DNA from: Candidatus Eiseniibacteriota bacterium
Lineage (GTDB): Bacteria; Eisenbacteria; RBG-16-71-46; CAVPCR01
Reading direction: 5' to 3'
Assembly: GCA_963702435.1 (NCBI GenBank)
Contig: CAVPCR010000001.1
Location: 32,001 to 96,000, forward strand
Length of the DNA: 64,000 bases
Shown: in pieces, positions 1 through 9,200 of the stretch
Layout of the letters: the number at the start of each line of letters is the position of its first letter
Position numbering within the stretch: position 1 is the stretch's first letter
The notes under the pieces: model-generated
Databases searched by the model: none
Told to the model about the DNA's origin: nothing
The model's input: only the letters and a program-made list of their open reading frames with translations
Position numbers and translations under genes: made by a program

Positions 1-2
1 TG

Positions 3-452
3 TCGGCACGCGGCTCGACCGAGGATCGGGTGCTCGGACTCGAGCTCGGAGCTGTCGACTACGTGCCGAAGCCATTCAGCCCGCGCGAGCTCGTGCTCAG
101 GGTGCGCGCGGTGCTCGCGCGCGCGGCCGAGGCGGATCGCGAAACTCCGGTCACGATCGGTCCTCTCACCATCGATCGGGTCCAGCACCGCGTGCTGGTC
201 GAGGGCCAGGAGATCACCCTGACCGCGACCGAGTTCCGCCTGCTCGTCTTCCTCACCGAGCACCCGGCCCGCGTGCACGAGCGGGACCGCCTGCTCGATG
301 CGGTGTGGGGCGCCGATGTGTTCATCGGCCCGCGCACCGTGGATGCCCATGTCGCCAACCTGCGCGGGAAGCTCGGCCCCGCCGGCGACATGATCCAGAC
401 CGTCCGCGGCTTCGGGTATCGCTTCGACCCGCCGGCCGCCCACTCCCGCTAG
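3..452 (+). CDS. OmpR/PhoB-family response regulator (5' truncated by window edge)
   Basis: The frame is open from position 3 (SARGSTEDRVLGLELGAVDYVPKPFSPREL). It has winged-helix motifs LTATEFRLL, RTVDAHVANLRGKL and IQTVRGFGYRF, and closely resembles the regulator at 8236-8913. Confidence 0.9.
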   Translation, partial: SARGSTEDRVLGLELGAVDYVPKPFSPRELVLRVRAVLARAAEADRETPVTIGPLTIDRVQHRVLVEGQEITLTATEFRLLVFLTEHPARVHERDRLLDAVWGADVFIGPRTVDAHVANLRGKLGPAGDMIQTVRGFGYRFDPPAAHSR

Positions 453-541
453 CCCCGGTTCCCGAGTCCCGACAGCGGGGCGACCCGCAGGCAACGGCGC
501 TTGCCGCGTGATGGCCCGATCCGCCAGGCGTGCCTCGACCT

Positions 542-1285
542 CTAGTCGAGGTCCTTGTAGGAGACGGCCTTGAACTGCCCATCCAGCTCGAGGATCGAGC
601 CGATGAAGCGAACCTCGACCTCCTCGCCTGTCGCCGTGCGCGCCGTTACCACCGTGCCGCGGTGGGCCACGAAGGTCCGGTAACGCTCGATCTCGCGCTC
701 GAAACGGACCGCCACGAACTCAAGCCCCTTGCCGCGCCAGGTCCCGATGGCCCGGCCCTGATTGGTGTGGGACCGCGTGTCGAGCATGTCCCATGCGAAG
801 TCGAGCTGCACATTGTGGTCCCGGGCGGGGAACTCGGGCCACAGGAGCTCGTTGTGCTCGCGCTCGGTGACCCGGAGATCGGTCAGCCCCTGCATGTCCT
901 CGGCCTCGACCGCGGCCAGGACCTGCCGGACGAGATCTTCGATCGAGGCTGCGGCATGGAACAGCCGGCGCGCGCCCGTGGCGGGCCGCGCGCCGGACAC
1001 GGTCGGGGCGGCATCTGCTGCGGCCGGCGCCGGCGCCGACTCCGAGGCAGCTTTCAGGGCGGAAGCAGCCGGCGGGGACGAGGCAACCAGCGAGGAACCT
1101 TGAGCAGACATCGCGACCTTCGCGCCAGCGGTGCCCTCACGGGCGCCCGGGGCGCCCGGAGCGCCGTCGCTGCGGCCCGGGCCGCTGTCGCGGCCGCCAC
1201 AACCGGCCAGCAGCGCGGCGACCAGCGCGCTTCCGGCCACGACCAGGGGAAGCAGGATCCGACGTCTCGTCGCTCGTTTCATCAT
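542..1285 (-). CDS. Hypothetical lipoprotein, last gene of the TonB-receptor operon
   Basis: Basic N-terminus, hydrophobic stretch and lipobox LLAG-C, then an Ala/Pro linker and a globular domain. It starts 7 nt after the receptor stop. Confidence 0.75.
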   Translation of the reverse strand: MMKRATRRRILLPLVVAGSALVAALLAGCGGRDSGPGRSDGAPGAPGAREGTAGAKVAMSAQGSSLVASSPPAASALKAASESAPAPAAADAAPTVSGARPATGARRLFHAAASIEDLVRQVLAAVEAEDMQGLTDLRVTEREHNELLWPEFPARDHNVQLDFAWDMLDTRSHTNQGRAIGTWRGKGLEFVAVRFEREIERYRTFVAHRGTVVTARTATGEEVEVRFIGSILELDGQFKAVSYKDLD

Positions 1286-1292
1286 TCCTTCA

Positions 1293-4241
1293 TCACAGGT
1301 TGTAGCTGAGGCCGAACTTGAAGCTCCGCCCCGGCGTGTAGGCGCGCGTCACGAACCCGCCCTGCTCGAAGCGGTACTGGTGGTTCAAGATGTCCTCGGC
1401 CGCGAACTTGAGCTTGATGTGACCGTTGAGCGAGGTCGCCGCGCTCATATCAATCTGGTTGCGATGCCGCTCGTAGATGTCGGGCAACCCGTTCGACCCG
1501 ACCTCCGCGATGCGCTTTCCGTAGAGGTTGTACAGGAGGTTCACGCTCGAGTGGCCGCCCATGAAGACGTAGCCGAGATTGCCGTTGAAGACGTACGGCG
1601 ACTGCCCCTGCAGCGGTCGCTCGCTGCTCGTCTGCACGCCGGTCGAGTCCCCGATCACGACCTCCGACTTGACGAGGGTCAGGTTCACGCCCAGGTTGAA
1701 CCCGGAGAGCTTGCTCCACATGTTGGCGAGGCTCCGCCGGTACTCGAGCTCGACCCCGTAGTTGGTCGCCTCGTCCGAATTGGTGTAGGTGACGATGCGC
1801 GACACCCCGGGCAGGACGACGACCTCGATCGGCCGCTCGAAGTCCTTGTAGAAAAAACTCGCCGCCATCAGCTCACCGACGGCGGGGTAGCGTTCCCAGC
1901 GCACGTCGTAGTTCTTGATCACCGCATCTTCGAGCTGGGGATTCCCGATCTCGGAGCGGCCGCCGACGTACTCCGTGTACTCGAAAGGCGCGAGCTCGCG
2001 GAAGTCGGGACGATTGAGCGTGCGGCTGGCGACGAAGCGGAGGTTGGTCTTGGCGCTCGTCTTGACGACGAGGCTCGCGCTCGGCGACCACTCGCACCCG
2101 ATATTCTCCGCCACCACCGGGACGCCGTTCGGGTTGCCGAGTTCGAAGGTCTGGAGCCGCTGCCGCGAGTCCTCGTAGCGCGCACCGGCGATGATACGGT
2201 AGCGGGTGAGGAAGGAGACGTCGCCCTGGACGAATCCGCCCTTGATGATCTGATTGGCGGTGTAGGCATCTGTGGCGCGAGTGTTCTCCTGGAGCTGGAA
2301 GCCGGTCGGGCGAATGTTCTCCGGCGTGTAGATCTGCTCCGCCGGTGCGCTCAGGTCCATCGAGTCGGGCCGCACGCCGGAGCGCGGCACGAACCGGAAC
2401 CGGCGGGCGAGAAACTCGCGGTCGCGGTCGGTGTAGAAGCCGCCGGCCTTGAGCGTCGCCGTATCGTAGCCCAGGGCCGGGAGCGGCATGCTCCACCCCA
2501 CATCGCCCGAGAGCTCGTTGTCATCCATCGTGCTGAAGAAGCGCTGGCCGCTCATGCCGTTGTCGAACAGGATGTACTGGCCAATGATCGGGTCGTATCG
2601 GTAGAGCACCTCACGATTGTCCGGCTCGTCGCGGTCGGAGCTCGAGCTCCCGAAGCGCCAGGTGAAAAGCGACTGGGCGAGCGGTTCGACCATATGCTCG
2701 CCATCGAGGTGGGTGGCGTAGGTCGAGCGCTCGATCCAGCGAATCCGCTGGTCCTTGATCGGCTCCTCGGGTCCGAGGTTCGGCGAGATGCCTTCGTAGG
2801 TCCGCACCTCGTCGTCGGCGTTCCGCATGTAGGTGTTGCGCCACGAGAACTTGTGCGCCGGCGTCAGCCGGTAAGTCGTGTTGAAGAGGCCGCCCCACTC
2901 GACCGCCGACGTCGAGCGCTCGACGCTGTAGTTCGAGTACGGTACGAGGCCGGCCTCCGTGGCGGCATAGGAGCGTTGCACCTCGTCCTGATTGTCGAAC
3001 TTGCCGCCATAGCTCAGGGAGGCCACATAGCCGAGAGGCCGCCCGAGCACCGAGGACTGGTTGCCGAGCACGAGGTTGTAACCGGCGTTGAGCGAGGACT
3101 CGCGTCGTTGCGGATCCCAGACGTTCTCGAACGATTCGCCGAGCACCTCGATCTCTTCAGGCGTGTAGCCCGTGGTGCCGAACCGGCCCCGAGGCGTCAC
3201 CTTCTGATCATCCGGAATGTCGCCGGGCAGGGCGCGGCGGCCATCATCGAATCCGATCCAGTCCTGCGAGCCGCCGGGATAGGTGCCAAAGCCCGCGAAG
3301 CTCGAACCGGGAGATACGCTCACGCCCTGCCCGAACTCGACGTTGAGATTGTCGGGAAAGTCCTTGGTGTTCACGTCCACCACGCCGCCGGCGAACTCGG
3401 CAGACTGGTCGGCGGTGTAGGTCTTCTGGACGTTCATGTTGTCGATGAGCTTGGCCGGCAGGATGTCGAGGGCCACCACTCGCTTGGTCTCGGTCGACGT
3501 GATCCGTGAGCCGTTGAGCTGCGTGCTCGAGTAGCGCTCGCCGAGCCCGCGCACGTAGACGTACTTGTCCCCGACCACGCTCACCCCGGTCACGCGCTTG
3601 GTCGCTTCCGCCGCATCGGTGTCGCTGGAGCGGGAGATCTGCTCGGCGGAGAGCCCGTCGCTCACCGCGGGCGCCCGCTGCTGGCGGGCGAGCACGGCGG
3701 CCTCGGTGTTCTCGAGGAGCTTGGCCTCGACCCGGATCTCCTCCCCGACCAGCCCCTCGGGCTGGAGCACGACGTCAAGCTTGGTCGGTTGACCGGCCTT
3801 GACCTTGACGCCCGTCACCGTCGCCATGGAGTAGGAGATGTAGCTGACCCGGAGCGAGTAGGTGCCGGCGGGAAGGATGATCTCGTAGGTGCCGTCGAGG
3901 GTGGCGGGAGCGCCCTTGACGACCTCCCCGGTCTGCGGTTCGACGACCATGATGGTCGCCGCCGGCAAGAGCTCGCCGGTCTCCGAGCTCAGGATCTTGC
4001 CGCGCACGACGCCGTCGTTCGGCTGCATGTGCTTGGCGAGGTGCTTGAGCGAGGCGTCGACCTTCGAGGGACTCCCGGCCGCGGGGGCCGGTGCCGCCTT
4101 CTGGGCCGCCGCGGGGGAGGCCGCGCCGGCGAGCAAGAAAGCCGCCGCGATCACGGCGGCAAGTAGCCGCTGGGTTCCGCTCACCGGCGGAGTCCGCATC
4201 CGATCAGGAGTCATTGGGCTGGACTTCATCTCGGTGTCCAT
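1293..4241 (-). CDS. TonB-dependent outer membrane receptor with N-terminal carboxypeptidase-regulatory-like domain
   Basis: Signal peptide, plug motifs (YVYVRGLGERYS, ALDILPAKLIDNMNVQK), RPDFRELAPF, GNPQL and a terminal barrel strand FGLSYNL. The start is placed at the ATG after GAGAAGGA; 4229 is an alternative. Confidence 0.92.
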   Translation of the reverse strand: MDTEMKSSPMTPDRMRTPPVSGTQRLLAAVIAAAFLLAGAASPAAAQKAAPAPAAGSPSKVDASLKHLAKHMQPNDGVVRGKILSSETGELLPAATIMVVEPQTGEVVKGAPATLDGTYEIILPAGTYSLRVSYISYSMATVTGVKVKAGQPTKLDVVLQPEGLVGEEIRVEAKLLENTEAAVLARQQRAPAVSDGLSAEQISRSSDTDAAEATKRVTGVSVVGDKYVYVRGLGERYSSTQLNGSRITSTETKRVVALDILPAKLIDNMNVQKTYTADQSAEFAGGVVDVNTKDFPDNLNVEFGQGVSVSPGSSFAGFGTYPGGSQDWIGFDDGRRALPGDIPDDQKVTPRGRFGTTGYTPEEIEVLGESFENVWDPQRRESSLNAGYNLVLGNQSSVLGRPLGYVASLSYGGKFDNQDEVQRSYAATEAGLVPYSNYSVERSTSAVEWGGLFNTTYRLTPAHKFSWRNTYMRNADDEVRTYEGISPNLGPEEPIKDQRIRWIERSTYATHLDGEHMVEPLAQSLFTWRFGSSSSDRDEPDNREVLYRYDPIIGQYILFDNGMSGQRFFSTMDDNELSGDVGWSMPLPALGYDTATLKAGGFYTDRDREFLARRFRFVPRSGVRPDSMDLSAPAEQIYTPENIRPTGFQLQENTRATDAYTANQIIKGGFVQGDVSFLTRYRIIAGARYEDSRQRLQTFELGNPNGVPVVAENIGCEWSPSASLVVKTSAKTNLRFVASRTLNRPDFRELAPFEYTEYVGGRSEIGNPQLEDAVIKNYDVRWERYPAVGELMAASFFYKDFERPIEVVVLPGVSRIVTYTNSDEATNYGVELEYRRSLANMWSKLSGFNLGVNLTLVKSEVVIGDSTGVQTSSERPLQGQSPYVFNGNLGYVFMGGHSSVNLLYNLYGKRIAEVGSNGLPDIYERHRNQIDMSAATSLNGHIKLKFAAEDILNHQYRFEQGGFVTRAYTPGRSFKFGLSYNL

Positions 4242-4328
4242 TTCCTTCTCTGGGGACGCCAGCAGGCGGGACGGGGCCGAGCCCCGCCCCGCCTGCCTGG
4301 CTTCATGCATCCGGTCCGCTGCGTCTCA

Positions 4329-6020
4329 CTACTTGATGAGATGCATCTTCCCGGTCACCACCTGGCCGGCGGCCGCGACTCGGTAGAAGTAGGTCCCGGA
4401 CGAGGTGCCCGCCGGAGCCATCCAGGAGAACGTGTGGCGGCCAGCAGCAAGCTGCTCGCTGCCGGCGATCTCATCGACGAGCCGCCCGTTGCTGTCATAG
4501 ATAGCGATCTGGGTCTCGCTCGGCTGGGAGAGCGTGAAGGCGATCTGCGTCGCGGGGTTGAAGGGGTTCGGAGACACGCTCACCGCGAGCGGAGCCGCCA
4601 CCGACACCGCTGGCTGGTCGCCGATGCCGACCACGTCGCGGAGCAGCGTGCAGGGCTCGCCCCAGCAGTTGGCGGCGGTGGAGACATCACTGATGCGGAT
4701 CGCCGTGCCGCGGGTGTTGTAGATGATCGAGTTGATGAGCGTCATCGTCCCGCCACGGCGGAGCTCGACGCCCTGCCCGCCCGCTGCCTGCCCGCGGGTG
4801 CCGATCATGGTGATGTTCGAGAACGTCGGGTTCGAGCGGGGGACGTTGTCGAAACCGAACTCGTAGTTGTCGCCCTCGATCTCACGGTCCGCCGTGCTCA
4901 CGTCGCCGAGATGGCGCCCGATCGCGTACTGCACCTTGCCGATCCAACCGACCTGGAAGTCGAGGTGATCGTCGCCGCAGTCGGTCGCGATGATGTAGCG
5001 ATCGTTCACGGTGCCGCCGAACCACTCGAAGCCGTCGTCGAAACCACGATGGCACTGGATATGGTCGATCGTTGTGCCGCTGCCGACCCCGTTCTGGGTG
5101 AGCGCGTTGAGCTCGTTGTCGAGGCTGAACTCCTTGCCGGCGAACTCGATGCGTACGTAGCGGAGGGTACCGCTGTTGTCGTTAGGCTGGTTGCCGCCGT
5201 AGGTGCCGGAGCCGCCCTCGCCCTCGCAGGTACCGCCGGGAACCGCTGCGCAGTTGACCGGGGCGAGTCCGTTCAGGACCACGCCGCCCCACTGCCCGCG
5301 GTCCTGCTGGCCGGGGAGGGCGTCGCTCGTGAAGATGATCGGCTGCTGGGGCGTCCCCACCGCGTTGATGCGGGCGCCCTGCTCGATGATGAGCGTGCCG
5401 GTCGTCGCCTGCTCGCCGAAGATGACGACGCCGGGCTGGATGGTGAGGACCGCCGGCGGGAGCACGCGCACGGTGCCGGAGAGGAGATAGCCGTTGGCCA
5501 CGTCGCCCCAGGTCGTGCTGGACGTGATGTTCCCGCTGATGACGTTCGGCGCGCCGTTCGGGAGATCGGTGCGGCCGGCGCCGTTCGTCGAGTAGTAGCA
5601 CCAGGGCTTGGTCCAGTTCTCATCGGCGCCAGAGCCCATGGCCCCCAAGAAGTAGGGCTGGGTGAAGAAGCCGTCGTTCGGCACGACCGCCACCGGCCCG
5701 CCGCCGAGGTGCGTGGCGTTGCCGCCGGCCGCGACGCGGAAGTCAGGGTTCTGCGGGGTGAGGAGCGGGTCGTTGATGAAGTTGGGGTTGATGGTCACGT
5801 TGTGAGGGAACTTGGTGTTGATGAGGTCGCAGGTGTTGAACGAGTCCGCAGAGGTCGGGCAATTCACGAGAAAGCGCGTCTGGGTCGACGGGCAGTTGCT
5901 CGCGTTGTTGAAGAAGAGGTTGCAGTCGACGACGATCGGGTGGCGGTCCTGGGCCAAGGCCGAGCCCGCAACCGCCAAGGCGAGCAGTATGACGATGCTC
6001 GCGGTCTTCATCCAAGACAT
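4329..6020 (-). CDS. Secreted beta-helix-like protein (ElpS-like family found beside phosphate-regulated TonB receptors) with C-terminal FlgD-Ig/T9SS-CTD-like domain
   Basis: Sec signal peptide, motifs LTIQPG, PIIFTSD, GQWGG, DNSGTLRYVRIEFAG and DDGFEWFGG, and tail SPNPFNP...IYDSNGRLV...SGTYFYR...KMHLIK. RBS GAGGAG. Confidence 0.8.
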   Translation of the reverse strand: MSWMKTASIVILLALAVAGSALAQDRHPIVVDCNLFFNNASNCPSTQTRFLVNCPTSADSFNTCDLINTKFPHNVTINPNFINDPLLTPQNPDFRVAAGGNATHLGGGPVAVVPNDGFFTQPYFLGAMGSGADENWTKPWCYYSTNGAGRTDLPNGAPNVISGNITSSTTWGDVANGYLLSGTVRVLPPAVLTIQPGVVIFGEQATTGTLIIEQGARINAVGTPQQPIIFTSDALPGQQDRGQWGGVVLNGLAPVNCAAVPGGTCEGEGGSGTYGGNQPNDNSGTLRYVRIEFAGKEFSLDNELNALTQNGVGSGTTIDHIQCHRGFDDGFEWFGGTVNDRYIIATDCGDDHLDFQVGWIGKVQYAIGRHLGDVSTADREIEGDNYEFGFDNVPRSNPTFSNITMIGTRGQAAGGQGVELRRGGTMTLINSIIYNTRGTAIRISDVSTAANCWGEPCTLLRDVVGIGDQPAVSVAAPLAVSVSPNPFNPATQIAFTLSQPSETQIAIYDSNGRLVDEIAGSEQLAAGRHTFSWMAPAGTSSGTYFYRVAAAGQVVTGKMHLIK

Positions 6021-6172
6021 GGGTTAGCTCTCCTCATCTACGTTTACGTTTGGTGCTTGTGCTTCAGGGCTCATGTTCGGCCACGCCGGTCACGGGTCTG
6101 CAAAGACCTGGTGATCTTCCCCGGGAGGTCGCGCCGGCTGCTCCCCGGTGAGTCAGCCCGCCGCCCCGGGCC

Positions 6173-6223
6173 GGGTTCCTCCGGCTCCTCCGGCTCCTCT
6201 GGTTCTTCTGGTTCTTCTGGTTC
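6173..6223. repeat. 9-bp tandem repeat GG(T/C)TC(C/T)TC(C/T), about 5.5 copies, in the leader of the secreted-protein/TonB operon
   Basis: Read directly: ggttcctcc ggctcctcc ggctcctct ggttcttct ggttcttct ggttcg. Confidence 0.8.
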
Positions 6224-6288
6224 GTTCCCGACCGCTCAAGACGCTACCGGGAGCGAGGTCGCGAAGGGCAAGCGTTGGGACGAGGTCA

Positions 6289-6306
6289 GGTGAAGATTCG
6301 GTGAAC
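6289..6306 (-). promoter_or_regulatory. Pho-box-like direct repeat GTTCACC-N4-CTTCACC (11-bp period)
   Basis: Plus strand ggtgaag at 6289 and ggtgaac at 6300, oriented toward the TonB operon and adjacent to phoR/phoB. Confidence 0.6.
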
Positions 6307-6377
6307 CGGGAACCCGCGAAACGGGAGTCGGTGGACCGGGGGGCGAGTGGGGGCAGGTCAAGCCCAGCTGCGACTAG

Positions 6378-8207
6378 CTAGCCGCGCGGGGGCTTGGCGC
6401 CGAGATCGAGCTTCAGGGTGAACCAGAAGGTCGAGCCGAGGCCCGGCTCGCTCGTCACCCACACGTCTCCGCCGTGCTTGAGGACGAGGTGCTTGACGAT
6501 GGCGAGGCCGAGACCGGTGCCGCCCTCGGCCCGCGAGCGGCCCGGATCGACGCGATAGAGCCGCTCGAAGATCCGCGGCAGGTGGACCGGAGCGATGCCG
6601 ACGCCCGAGTCCTCGACCGCGACACGCACGAGGTCCCCGGCGCGCACCGCGCGCACCGTCACCGTCCCGCGCTCGCGGTTGTACTTGATCGCGTTGTCGA
6701 TCAGGTTCGAGAGGATCTGATCGAGCGCACCCGGATCGGCGAACGCGGGTGGGAGGCCCGGCTCCACCTCCGCGCGCACGGCGACCTGCCGCTCGCGCGC
6801 GCCCCCGCTGTGGAGCTCGATCGCGTTCCCGATCGCGGTTTGCACGTCGCACGGCACGAGATCGAGCTGATACTCGGGGCTGTCGAGCCTGGCCAGCGCG
6901 AGGAGGTCGTCCACAAGATTCGACAGCCGGTGCGCGTGGCGCCCGGCGGCCGCCAGGAAGCGCTCCCGGTCCGCGGGGGCCAGGTCCGGATCGTCGGCGA
7001 GGGTGTCGATGAAGCCGCGGATCGCCGTGAGCGGCGTGCGCAGCTCGTGCGAGATGTTGGCCACGAACTCGCGGCGCACGGTCTCGAGTCGCTTGAGCTC
7101 CGTGATGTCGTGGAGCACGATGATGAGCCCGCCATCGGCGCCGGCGAGCGGAATGACGCTGGCATCGAAGGCGCGCGTCCCGCCGCCGAGCGTCACGTGG
7201 CCGCGCGCGCCGCCGGCGGCGCGCGCCTCGCCGACGAGCGCATCCAGCTCGGGAGACCGCGTCACCTCGAGCGGCGTGCGGCCGATGAGCTCCTCGCCAT
7301 GCGGCAGCGCGGCGCGCGCGGCGCCGTTGGCGAGGAGGATCCGCCCGCTCAGGCCGAGGAGCAGCACGCCCTCGGCCATGCCGTCGAGAACGCCGCGCAG
7401 CTGCTCCTTCTCGCTCTCGAGCTCCTCGACGCTCCGCGCCCGCTCGGCGCCCATGCGGTCGAGCGCGGCCGCGAGGTCGCCGAGCTCGTCGCCCGGCGGC
7501 AGGCGGAGCCATTCGGCACGCGATCCGCTGGCGAGCTGGCGGGCGACCCGCGTCATCGTGCGGAGCGGCGCCGATACGGCCCGGCCGGCGGCCAGGCTCA
7601 GGAGGAGACCGAGCACGAGCGCGGCGCCCGCAGCGGCCAGGAGGCGCTCGCGGATGGCGCGGATCACCGCCTCGATCTCGGCCTGCGGCGCCGAGAGGCT
7701 CACCACGGCCCCGCTCCCGGAGATGGGCAGCAGGGCGGCGGCGTGCACGAGGGCAGGCCGCCCGCCGCGGGCGCGCTCGAGCCCCTGGCCCGTCGCGAAC
7801 GCCGAGTCGACTGCATCGCGACCGACGGCACCGCGCGCAGCGAGGATGGCGGGCGGATCGAGCTCGGAATCCCCGACCAGCTGGCGGTCCCGAGCGATGA
7901 GGCGCACGCGGCCGCCGGCCGCGATGCCGAGGCGATCGACGATCGGGTCGACGACCGCGACGACCCGGGCGCGACCGGGCGCCGCGGTCGAATCGGGCGC
8001 GGCGGCAGCCAGCGCAAGCGCCGCGTCGCTCGCCGCGAGGTACTCGGCGAGCAGGCGGGTGCGGGAGAGGAGCTCGCGATCGCGTCGCTCGTTCAGGCTC
8101 CGTGCGATCATGCGGTCGATGACGAGGATGGCCGGGAGCCCGACCGCGCAGACGACCGCGAGATAAGTCATCGCCAGCTTGATCGAGATCGGAAGGCGCA
8201 TCCTCAC
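6378..8207 (-). CDS. phoR: Phosphate regulon sensor histidine kinase PhoR (TM-HAMP-PAS-HisKA-HATPase)
   Basis: [51 protein letters not shown] and two TM helices. Confidence 0.85.
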   Translation of the reverse strand: MRMRLPISIKLAMTYLAVVCAVGLPAILVIDRMIARSLNERRDRELLSRTRLLAEYLAASDAALALAAAAPDSTAAPGRARVVAVVDPIVDRLGIAAGGRVRLIARDRQLVGDSELDPPAILAARGAVGRDAVDSAFATGQGLERARGGRPALVHAAALLPISGSGAVVSLSAPQAEIEAVIRAIRERLLAAAGAALVLGLLLSLAAGRAVSAPLRTMTRVARQLASGSRAEWLRLPPGDELGDLAAALDRMGAERARSVEELESEKEQLRGVLDGMAEGVLLLGLSGRILLANGAARAALPHGEELIGRTPLEVTRSPELDALVGEARAAGGARGHVTLGGGTRAFDASVIPLAGADGGLIIVLHDITELKRLETVRREFVANISHELRTPLTAIRGFIDTLADDPDLAPADRERFLAAAGRHAHRLSNLVDDLLALARLDSPEYQLDLVPCDVQTAIGNAIELHSGGARERQVAVRAEVEPGLPPAFADPGALDQILSNLIDNAIKYNRERGTVTVRAVRAGDLVRVAVEDSGVGIAPVHLPRIFERLYRVDPGRSRAEGGTGLGLAIVKHLVLKHGGDVWVTSEPGLGSTFWFTLKLDLGAKPPRG

Positions 8208-8235
8208 TCCGCGGGCCGGAGCTACCCGTGCCCGG

Positions 8236-8913
8236 TCATTCCTCGGCGCTGCAACGGTAACCGACGCCGCGCACCGTCTCGATCAGACGGCCGTGGACAC
8301 CGAGCTTCTGGCGGAGCCGCTGCACGTGGGTGTCCACCGTGCGCGGCGTGACATAGACGTCCTGTCCCCACACCGCATCGAGGAGGCGATCCCGCTCGAG
8401 GACGCGTCCGGGATGGGTGAGGAGATAGTGGAGCAGCTTGAACTCGGTGGCGGTGAGCTCGATCGGAACGCCGTCCACCTCCGCCCGGTGCCCCGCCGTG
8501 TCGACGAGAATGCCGGCGCGGCGCACCGTCGCCTCCTCCTCGGCGTCCTGCCGGCGGCGGAGGACGGCGCGCACGCGTAACGCCAGCTCGCGCGGGCTGA
8601 AGGGCTTCGGCACGTAGTCCTCGCCGCCGAGCTCGAAGCCGACGACCCGATCCACCTCGCCGGAGCGGGCGGAGAGGAAGATGACCGGAATCGACCGCGT
8701 GCGCTCGTCCGCCTTGAGCGCTCGCAAGACCTCGGTGCCGTCCATGTCGGGGAGCATGAGGTCGAGAATGATCAGGTCCGGGTGCTCGCGGGCGCGGGCG
8801 AGGCCGTCCGCTCCCGTGGCCGCGCCGAGCGGCTCGTAGCCTTGCGCCTTGAGGTGGTGACTCACGAGATCGACGATATCCGGCTCGTCGTCGATGATCA
8901 GGACCTTCAGCAT
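8236..8913 (-). CDS. phoB: Phosphate regulon response regulator PhoB/PhoP
   Basis: MLKVLIIDDE, LDLMLPDMDG, KPFSPREL and RTVDTHVQRLRQKL. It lies directly upstream of phoR. Confidence 0.85.
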   Translation of the reverse strand: MLKVLIIDDEPDIVDLVSHHLKAQGYEPLGAATGADGLARAREHPDLIILDLMLPDMDGTEVLRALKADERTRSIPVIFLSARSGEVDRVVGFELGGEDYVPKPFSPRELALRVRAVLRRRQDAEEEATVRRAGILVDTAGHRAEVDGVPIELTATEFKLLHYLLTHPGRVLERDRLLDAVWGQDVYVTPRTVDTHVQRLRQKLGVHGRLIETVRGVGYRCSAEE

Positions 8914-9061
8914 GCCCCAGCTGTCCCCACCGGTATCCCGTCCCAGGAGCTGGCGATCGCGGATGGCCAGCGCATCATAGTCGGAGGCGGCCCGGATCGC
9001 CACCGGCGTCCTCACCGCCCATCCCGCGCCTCCCCCCACTTCTCCCCGGCCGCCGCGAACT

Positions 9062-9078
9062 TGTGCCGCGCATGTGAC
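9062..9078 (-). promoter_or_regulatory. Pho-box-like repeat GTCACA-N5-GGCACA in the divergent phoB/porin promoter region
   Basis: Plus strand tgtgcc at 9062 and tgtgac at 9073, an 11-bp period. Confidence 0.5.
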
Positions 9079-9200
9079 CGGATCGCCACATTCGCCGCCT
9101 AGAGTCCTCCGCGGCTATCGGCGAAAAGTCGCCCCGGCGGGCCGCGATCCAGCCCTGCCGCCGCGGGCCGACCCCGCCGGACTTCAGAGGAGATCCGTAG

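Noticed and set aside
1131..6293. Long plus-strand ORFs 1131-3509 and 4305-6293 (likewise 13976-16771, 34657-36900 and others)
   Set aside because: They are antisense shadows of real genes, expected in high-GC DNA, and carry no recognisable motifs.
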